Assembly: GCA_041663285.1 (NCBI GenBank)
Contig: JBAZSP010000001.1
Coordinates: 81,838 to 145,837 of the forward strand
DNA from: Candidatus Shapirobacteria bacterium
GTDB taxonomy: Bacteria; Patescibacteriota; Microgenomatia; UBA12405
Direction: 5' to 3'
DNA length: 64,000 nt
The position numbers were made by a program, and so were the translations under genes. Below the pieces are notes generated by a model. It searched no databases, was not told the DNA's origin, and saw only the letters and a list, made by a program, of their open reading frames with translations. Below, piece by piece: positions 57,252 to 64,000 of this stretch. Positions within the stretch are counted from its first letter, which is position 1, and every line of letters begins with the position of its first letter.

Positions 57252-59456
57252 ATGAATAAAATTTCTCAAGATATCCAAGTTGGAGATACAGTTATTAGTC
57301 TCGAAACCGGAGTATTAGCTCCTCAAACCAACGCCTCGGTAGTTGCCCGTTACGGCAATACTGTGGTTCTGGCTACTGTGGTTATGGGCAAAGTTGATGA
57401 GTCAAAAGACTATTTTCCACTTTCAGTCGAATTTGTCGATAAATTATATGCTGGTGGCCTGATCAAGGGGGGTAAATGGATTAAGCGTGAAGGTGGCCCA
57501 ACCGACACCGCCATTCTTTACGGCCGGATTATTGACCGTTCAGTCAGACCTCTTTTTCCTGCTGGTTTTCAAAATGAAGTCCAGCTAGTCGCTACTGTAC
57601 TAAGTAATGACAAAGAGCACGATGCTGTTATTCCAGCCTTTTTAGCTTCGTCTGCTGCCCTAGCTATTTCCGACATTCCTTTTAGCTCACCTGTTTCGGC
57701 TATTCGGGTAGGTCTCAAAAACGGCCAGCCGATAATCAGCCCGAGCCTTACCGAACTTAAGGATTCACAAATGGATTTGCTTATCTGCGTCGGTCCGGAG
57801 GGGATTAACATGATCGAAGCCGGAGCCTCAATTATCGACAATGCCACCGTTTTAAACGGCATTGAATCAGCCTATGAGGTTGGTCAAAAGGTCAACCAGC
57901 AGCTGATGGAATTCGTTCAAAAATGTTCCAAGAAAAAAGTTGAATTCGAAAAATTCGCCCCCAGCCAGGAACTTCTGGCCGAGGTCGAAAAGCACCTAAC
58001 CACCGACATCAAAGACTTTTTAGAAACCGGTGCCGATGGTAAGCATGTCGCTGACGAGGCGGTTATTAAAGATAAGATTACTGGCATCTATCAGCCAAAA
58101 ATCGACTCCAAAGAAATTAATCCCAATATTTTGATGATGGCTGTCGATACGGTGCTTAAACAAGCTTTTAGGCAGCACACCCTGACTACCAAAATCCGTT
58201 ACGACAAAAGGGCCCTCGATGAAATCCGTCCCCTGACGATTGATGTTGGCGTTTTGCCTTGTGTTCATGGTTCAGCCATGTTCCAGCGTGGTTTGACCCA
58301 AGCCATCACCGTCACCACCCTAGGATCTTTGGCCGAAAAACAATTTTTGCAGGATTCAACTGGCGAAACCACCAAAAGATACATCCACTATTATTCAGCC
58401 ATGCCTTTTTCCACTTTTCAAATTGGACGGTTCGGCCGGCCGGGCAGAAGGGAAATCGGTCATGGATCCTTAGCCGAAAAGGCATTATTGCCGGTTATTC
58501 CGTCAGAGGAAGAATTTCCGTATACTATTGCTCTCACCTCCGAAGTTCTTTCTCAAAACGGCTCCTCATCGATGGCTTCTACTTGTGGCTCCACCTTATC
58601 TCTTCTTGACGCCGGTGTACCTATAAAAGATCTGGTTGCCGGAATTTCTATCGGCATGGTTTCCGGTGGCGCGGATGACTATCTTTTACTTACCGACATC
58701 GCCGGTATCGAAGATCATTTTGGTGATATGGATTTCAAAATTACCGGCACCAAAACCGGTATTACCGCTATCCAGCTGGATATTAAACGGGCAGGCTTAA
58801 CTCTAGAAATGATTAAAGATACCTTTGTTGCCAGCACCAAAGCCAGGCTCTTTATTCTAGACAAAATTTCCCAAGTACTTTCTTCCCCGCGGCCCACCCT
58901 TTCACCCTTTGCTCCAAAAATCCGGTTAGTCAAATTACCGGAAGACAAAATCGGCGAAGTCATTGGCTCTGGTGGTAAAACCATCAAGGCTTTAATGGCC
59001 AAATTCCAAGTCCAAATCGATATTGATGATTTTGGTAACGCCTCGATTTCTTCACCCGATATTGATCAGGTCAATGCCGCTGCTTACGAAATCGAATCAA
59101 TGATTAAGGATGTCCAGATCGGGGAGGAATATGACGGCATCGTTACACGGGTAGAAAACTACGGTGCCTTTATTGAGTTTTTACCCGGCCGCGAAGCTCT
59201 GCTTCACGTCTCCGAAATGGCTCAAGGTTTTATCTCCGACCCTTCCGCCATCATCAAAATCGGAGATCGGCTTAAGGTCAAAATTAGCGGCTTTAACGAT
59301 AACCATCAAATAAAACTGGCTGCTCCGGAATTCAAAAACACTCACCAGGGCGAGGAACGAAGCCCCGGTCCTCCAAGTCGGACAGGTTTCGGTGGCGGTA
59401 ATCGGAACTTTGGCAGATTTAACTCTGATTTGCGTTCAAGTCGGCCAAGACGCTAA
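57252..59456 (+). CDS. pnp: Polyribonucleotide nucleotidyltransferase
   Basis: FPLSVEF, RREIGHG, NGSSSMAS, DHFGDMDFK; KH and S1 domains. Confidence 0.97.
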   Translation: MNKISQDIQVGDTVISLETGVLAPQTNASVVARYGNTVVLATVVMGKVDESKDYFPLSVEFVDKLYAGGLIKGGKWIKREGGPTDTAILYGRIIDRSVRPLFPAGFQNEVQLVATVLSNDKEHDAVIPAFLASSAALAISDIPFSSPVSAIRVGLKNGQPIISPSLTELKDSQMDLLICVGPEGINMIEAGASIIDNATVLNGIESAYEVGQKVNQQLMEFVQKCSKKKVEFEKFAPSQELLAEVEKHLTTDIKDFLETGADGKHVADEAVIKDKITGIYQPKIDSKEINPNILMMAVDTVLKQAFRQHTLTTKIRYDKRALDEIRPLTIDVGVLPCVHGSAMFQRGLTQAITVTTLGSLAEKQFLQDSTGETTKRYIHYYSAMPFSTFQIGRFGRPGRREIGHGSLAEKALLPVIPSEEEFPYTIALTSEVLSQNGSSSMASTCGSTLSLLDAGVPIKDLVAGISIGMVSGGADDYLLLTDIAGIEDHFGDMDFKITGTKTGITAIQLDIKRAGLTLEMIKDTFVASTKARLFILDKISQVLSSPRPTLSPFAPKIRLVKLPEDKIGEVIGSGGKTIKALMAKFQVQIDIDDFGNASISSPDIDQVNAAAYEIESMIKDVQIGEEYDGIVTRVENYGAFIEFLPGREALLHVSEMAQGFISDPSAIIKIGDRLKVKISGFNDNHQIKLAAPEFKNTHQGEERSPGPPSRTGFGGGNRNFGRFNSDLRSSRPRR

Positions 59457-59485
59457 CTCCGGGATTTTAATGTATACTGAAATTA

Positions 59486-60544
59486 ATGGACGATAATTTA
59501 ACGCCTGCCGGTGCTATTGACCGATTGGTAGCCAAAACCAAAACTGTCAAACTTCCCGAAGGTATGTCCGCTAAGCTGGACGATATCTTTGCCCAGCTGG
59601 CCATAAATGCCAACTCCGGCGATACTTTCTGGCAGAATTTTCAAACTGCTTCAAAATATATCGACGTGGTCTGTGGCATTCCTTGGTATACCCAAAGTCA
59701 GGATATCCTTGATTTAGATTATGCCAGAGAAAAGCTCAACGAAGGTCATTACGGCCTGGATACCGTCAAAGAAAGGATATTGGAATACGTTTCCATTCTG
59801 GCTCTTCAAAAAAACCGTCAGCCGGATATCCGGTTTGGAGCTCCGGTTTTGTTGTTTGTCGGCCTGGTCGGAACTGGCAAAACTACCATGGCCAAGTCTA
59901 TCGCTTCGGTTTTGGGCCGCCAGTTGATACGGATTCCTTTTGGCGGTTTGGGTGATCCCTTTTATCTTCGCGGCAAATCCCGAACCTACGCTGATGCCGA
60001 AATCGGCCACATAGTTAAAGGGCTTATAGGCTGTAAAACTAATAATCCGGTAATCCTTTTGGACGAAATTGACCGGGTAGCCGATGACGCTCTCAACACT
60101 ATCATGGGCGTCCTGGTCGAATTACTTGACCCGGAACAAAATTCAAATTTTGTCGATCATTATATAGATTATCCGGTTAATTTGTCCCAGGCCCTTTTTG
60201 TCGCTACCTGCAACAATACTACCAGAATTGCCACCGCTGTTATGGATCGGTTAGAGGTCCTTCAAATGCCGTCCTATACCGATGAAGAAAAAATTGCCAT
60301 TGGCCGTGATTATCTTTTGCCCCGGGCTATGACTGAGTCGGGTATTAGCCCGTCCGAGCTTCAGATTTCCTCCGATATATGGCTCCAGATTGTCCGTCCC
60401 CTGGGCTTCGATGCCGGGGTTAGAACTCTAAAACGCAACATCGAAGGCCTTTGCCGCAAAACCGCCCGGCTGATTTTTGAAGGCCAGCTTAAGTCACTGT
60501 TGATTGATGAGACTAACGTTAAGAAATTCATGCCCCAGTGGTAA
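59486..60544 (+). CDS. Lon-type AAA+ ATPase module without the protease domain
   Basis: HYGLDTVKERILEY, GLVGTGKT, LLDEID, LLDPEQN..FVDHY, GVRTLKR; ends before the Ser-Lys protease domain. Confidence 0.9.
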   Translation: MDDNLTPAGAIDRLVAKTKTVKLPEGMSAKLDDIFAQLAINANSGDTFWQNFQTASKYIDVVCGIPWYTQSQDILDLDYAREKLNEGHYGLDTVKERILEYVSILALQKNRQPDIRFGAPVLLFVGLVGTGKTTMAKSIASVLGRQLIRIPFGGLGDPFYLRGKSRTYADAEIGHIVKGLIGCKTNNPVILLDEIDRVADDALNTIMGVLVELLDPEQNSNFVDHYIDYPVNLSQALFVATCNNTTRIATAVMDRLEVLQMPSYTDEEKIAIGRDYLLPRAMTESGISPSELQISSDIWLQIVRPLGFDAGVRTLKRNIEGLCRKTARLIFEGQLKSLLIDETNVKKFMPQW

Positions 60545-60607
60545 ATTCCCCATGAAATCCATATCAAATATTATTTAAATCTAGTTATTATTGATTGCCA
60601 TACTCCT

Positions 60608-61450
60608 ATGAATCCCCACGACTCTCGTCTTCGATCTAAATTATTAACCTTTTTTCTAGCCGTAATTTTTCTTTTTACCTTGGCTTTTGTTGCTTATCAG
60701 CAGGAAGTAATTTCCTCTTTAGATTCCAAAGTCACTAGTTTGAACTATCAAAAAAATATACCTTCTCCCTTACCCACCCAAGTTCCAACCCCGACCCCTA
60801 TTGGTAGAATCCCGGAAATTATTTTACCCACACCTCCAGCTAACTGGTTGTATTACACTAACCAAGGTAACGGCTACTCCTTTAAATATTCCCCTATTTT
60901 TGAAAATCTCGAAGCAAAAATCGATGAGCCAAATCAGATAATTCCCAATAGTGCCGGTAAGGACCTGACGCTTATTCACTATCAGGAAAGTGACCGTGCT
61001 TATGTTCAAAGATGCTCCTCTCAGTCTGAGGACTGTGGGAGAAAACACGGACTTACTATCAATTTTTTCGAAATGTCAGAAGCTATTTCTGATAGTCACC
61101 ATCCCAATTTAGTTTTTAGTAATGATGAGAATATTTTTTATCTGGAACAGAATCCCAATATTCTCGGGGGTATTATTACTAGCAAAACAAATCCTCAAAG
61201 ATCAATCTATTTTAATTTTCAGTACAACGATAAATGGTTATATAGCCCCGCACACAACAACTATTTACTCCAAATCCTCTCCACCTTTAGATTTACGGAT
61301 CAGGACTTTTCCGAGCCTACTTTCAGTTGTCCCAAAACTAAATACCACAACTGTATGCCCATAGTCGCTGATCATTTAAAAAAATTCTGCACCAAAGAAT
61401 ATCTCGACTGGGTAAAAATCAACTGCCCCGGTGTAGAGATTTTGCACTAA
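60608..61450 (+). CDS. Membrane-anchored hypothetical protein with a C-terminal 4-Cys motif
   Basis: TM, PT linker, W..Y.N...YSFKY, tail CP...NCMP...C..EYL.W...NCP. Confidence 0.75.
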   Translation: MNPHDSRLRSKLLTFFLAVIFLFTLAFVAYQQEVISSLDSKVTSLNYQKNIPSPLPTQVPTPTPIGRIPEIILPTPPANWLYYTNQGNGYSFKYSPIFENLEAKIDEPNQIIPNSAGKDLTLIHYQESDRAYVQRCSSQSEDCGRKHGLTINFFEMSEAISDSHHPNLVFSNDENIFYLEQNPNILGGIITSKTNPQRSIYFNFQYNDKWLYSPAHNNYLLQILSTFRFTDQDFSEPTFSCPKTKYHNCMPIVADHLKKFCTKEYLDWVKINCPGVEILH

Positions 61451-61455
61451 CCTTA

Positions 61456-62028
61456 ATGTCTACCAATCTCCAAAAGTTAAAATATATCGCTAATCTTGTC
61501 GAGCAGTGCCAAAAGTGTCCGCTTTACCAGACCGCTACCCATGGGGTTCCCGGTGATGGTAATCCCGAAGCCCGGATTTTTTTTATCGGTGAAGCTCCGG
61601 GTTATTTTGAAGATCAGCAGGGCTTACCGTTTGTAGGCAACTCCGGTAAATTACTCGACAAGCTTTTAGCTTCAATTAGCCTTAACCGCCAGGATGTTTT
61701 TATCGGTAACATTCTTAAGCACCGTCCTCCGGATAATCGCGACCCCTTGCCGGACGAAATCAAAGTTTGCACCCCCTACCTTAAGGCCCAACTCAAAGTC
61801 ATTCAGCCCAAGGTAGTCATAACTCTTGGCCGTTTTGCTCTTAATTATTTTTTACCGACTGATTCAATCAGTCAGGTGCACGGCCAGGTAAAAAAGATTC
61901 TCTGGCAGGATCTTCATTTTATCCTTATCCCGGTGTATCACCCTTCGGCTGGTCTCCGAAATGGCTCAATGCTCCGGGCCTTAGAAACCGACTTTATAAC
62001 CATTAAAAATTATTTAAACACTCAATAA
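61456..62028 (+). CDS. udg: Family 4 (Fe-S) uracil-DNA glycosylase
   Basis: CQKCPL, GEAPG, PFVG, HRPPDNRDP, YHPS. Confidence 0.93.
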   Translation: MSTNLQKLKYIANLVEQCQKCPLYQTATHGVPGDGNPEARIFFIGEAPGYFEDQQGLPFVGNSGKLLDKLLASISLNRQDVFIGNILKHRPPDNRDPLPDEIKVCTPYLKAQLKVIQPKVVITLGRFALNYFLPTDSISQVHGQVKKILWQDLHFILIPVYHPSAGLRNGSMLRALETDFITIKNYLNTQ

Positions 62029-62031
62029 ATT

Positions 62032-63810
62032 ATGTTTACCAAAAAAAATTCATTAGCTCGGCAACAGCCGCGCAATCCCATTCCTTTAAATTTTTCCCAA
62101 CCCAATAATCCGGTACGGCAGTTTAACCAGCCGTTTGATTCTGTCCGGGTTGCCTCTTTGGGCAGCTTCGGCGATGTTACCCAAAATATGTTCGTCTATG
62201 AATATATCCCCAACGGCGACCAATCAAAAAGCCAAATAATTATTGTCGACTGTGGCGTTGGCTTCCCCGAAGAAGATGCCTTTGGGGTCGATCTTCAAAT
62301 TCCTGACACTCAATATCTGAAAGACAAGAAAGATCGGATTCTCGGAATCTTTATCACTCACGGTCACGAAGATCATATCGGCGCCATTCGTTTTGTCCTT
62401 CCCCAGCTGGGTAGCGGCATTCCAATTTTCGCTCCCAAATTAGCTGCTGCCTTTATTCAAGCCCGACTAGCCGAGACTAACATCCGTGGCCAAATGACCA
62501 CCTACGACGGCCGTAGTCCGATAGCTCGGGGAGCTTTTGACGTCCAGCCGATTCGGGTTACTCACTCTATTCCAGATACTTTTCACTTAGCTATTTCCAC
62601 TCCCATCGGCATCTTTTACCACGGGTCTGATTTTAAATTTGATTTGTTCCCCTTGGATGGCAAGCAAGCCGATTTTCGTCAAATTGCCCGTGTCGGCGAT
62701 AAGAAGGTAGTCTGTCTTTTGTCTGATTGTCTTGGTTCGGATCACGAAGGCTTTTCTCCCTCCGAAAGCTCTATTGCCGAAAATTTTAAAAAAGAAATTA
62801 CCACTGCCAAGGGCAGGGTGTTTGTTACTTCAATTTCTTCCAACATAGTCCGTTGGGGTCAGGCTATTGAATACGCCAAAAGTTGTGGTCGAAAAATAGT
62901 CATAGTTGGGCTTTCGGTCGACCGGGCGATTGGGATAGCCAAGGATTTGGGCTATCTTGACCTCAAAGACGCCGACATCGTTTCCCCGGAGAGGATAAAA
63001 AACTTTGCTGATAATAAGCTGATCTTTTTAGTGGCCGGCTTTGCCGGTCAGCCGGAATCGGCCTTAAGTAAAATGATCATGGGCAAGCACAAAATCAAAA
63101 TAAAACCTAACGACCGGGTGATATTTTCTTCACCCGACTATATTCCCGGCACCACCTCCAACATCTACAACATGATCGATACTCTGTCCAAAATGGGCGC
63201 CGAAGTTACTTATGGCGACAAGGAAGAATTGCATGTTTCGGGTCACGGCTACCAAAAAGAACATGCCCTTCTTATCAATCTGGTTAATCCCAGATTCCTA
63301 TTGCCCATTGGTGGCAATTATCGCCACATCAGAAGTTATCAAAACTTGGCCAAAACTCTTGGTTTCACCCCGGATCAGTTGATTAGTCCTGATTATGACT
63401 CGGCGGTTACTTTCCATGGTAACGGGACTTATGACACCAACACCCACATCCCGCTCCGAAAAGTACTCATAGATGGCCTGGGTGTCGGCGACGTTGGGGT
63501 AACCGTCCTCCGTGACCGCAAGCTGTTGGCCGAAGACGGCATGTTTACCCTGGTACTTTTGGTTAACGGGGTCACTGGCCAGCTCGACAAAGATCCGGTG
63601 ATCTTAAGCCGCGGTTTTGTATTCATGAAAGAAAACACTGACCTAATAAATTATATTAAAGACGAAGTAATTGCTAAATTTAAAGAAGTTAGTAGCCAAC
63701 CTCTTAACTTCGACTTTGTCCGTCAGGAAATTCAGGCCCACACCGAACAGATCATCTTTGACAAAACCGGCCGCCAGCCCATGGTTCTTCCCTTGGTAAT
63801 AGAGGTCTAA
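62032..63810 (+). CDS. rnj: Ribonuclease J
   Basis: VDCG, THGHEDHIG, HSIPD, DFK, HVSGH, LRDR..LAEDG, R.PMVLP. Confidence 0.95.
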   Translation: MFTKKNSLARQQPRNPIPLNFSQPNNPVRQFNQPFDSVRVASLGSFGDVTQNMFVYEYIPNGDQSKSQIIIVDCGVGFPEEDAFGVDLQIPDTQYLKDKKDRILGIFITHGHEDHIGAIRFVLPQLGSGIPIFAPKLAAAFIQARLAETNIRGQMTTYDGRSPIARGAFDVQPIRVTHSIPDTFHLAISTPIGIFYHGSDFKFDLFPLDGKQADFRQIARVGDKKVVCLLSDCLGSDHEGFSPSESSIAENFKKEITTAKGRVFVTSISSNIVRWGQAIEYAKSCGRKIVIVGLSVDRAIGIAKDLGYLDLKDADIVSPERIKNFADNKLIFLVAGFAGQPESALSKMIMGKHKIKIKPNDRVIFSSPDYIPGTTSNIYNMIDTLSKMGAEVTYGDKEELHVSGHGYQKEHALLINLVNPRFLLPIGGNYRHIRSYQNLAKTLGFTPDQLISPDYDSAVTFHGNGTYDTNTHIPLRKVLIDGLGVGDVGVTVLRDRKLLAEDGMFTLVLLVNGVTGQLDKDPVILSRGFVFMKENTDLINYIKDEVIAKFKEVSSQPLNFDFVRQEIQAHTEQIIFDKTGRQPMVLPLVIEV

Positions 63811-63832
63811 AATAAAAATAGTAAAATAGCTA

Positions 63833-64000
63833 ATGCTCTACTCACAACTTTTTGGCAAAGCCACTAAATCCGTCGTTCGCGACGCTACTGCCGCTAGTCA
63901 CCGTTATCTTCTCCAGGCGGGTTTCATTCGGCCGTTGGCCGCCGGTCGTTACACTTTGCTTCCACTTGGTCTTCGGGTTGCCCGAAAAATCGAAAAAATC
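63833..64000 (+). CDS. proS: Proline-tRNA ligase, N-terminal part (runs off the window)
   Basis: MLYSQLFGKATK...ASHRYLLQAGFIRPLAAGRYTLLPLGLRV. Confidence 0.88.
   Translation, partial: MLYSQLFGKATKSVVRDATAASHRYLLQAGFIRPLAAGRYTLLPLGLRVARKIEKI

Noticed and set aside
1-64000. tRNA, rRNA, integrase or transposase genes
   Set aside because: None recognised; intergenic gaps are short and I saw no T-arm or cloverleaf pattern, though tRNAscan/Infernal would be needed to exclude them

Overview
Gene-dense 64-kb chromosomal segment. Gene content and style (short IF2, protease-less Lon, many Pro/Thr-stalked Cys-rich surface proteins, few Shine-Dalgarno sites) point to a Patescibacteria/CPR bacterium, probably Microgenomates; this is inference. 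Core genes: map, folD, tatD, metG, rpsT, murJ, pcrA, a FemABX ligase, gatCAB, a UvrD-nuclease fusion, alr, rmuC, hrcA-grpE-dnaK-dnaJ, nusA, infB (frameshifted), rpsO, pnp, udg, rnj and partial proS. The main accessory content is an envelope block at 14-37 kb: PilN/PilO-like genes, mucin-like surface proteins with LPxTG-like tails, a DPPR-synthase-type UbiA prenyltransferase, five GT-C-type membrane proteins, a GT4, a HAD phosphatase and a methyltransferase. A separate Pro/Thr-stalk protein at 1076-2479 carries both a sorting-like motif and its own sortase domain. Other signals: decayed attC-like sites around AT-rich genes at 10-11.8 kb, an orphan gene flanked by a 27-bp duplication of the dnaK 3' end, REP-like palindromes, 7-bp tandem repeats (one in-frame in metG), a CIRCE-like operator, candidate S15 and nusA leader RNAs, and many apparently leaderless promoters. 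No rRNA, tRNA or CRISPR array was recognised by eye.
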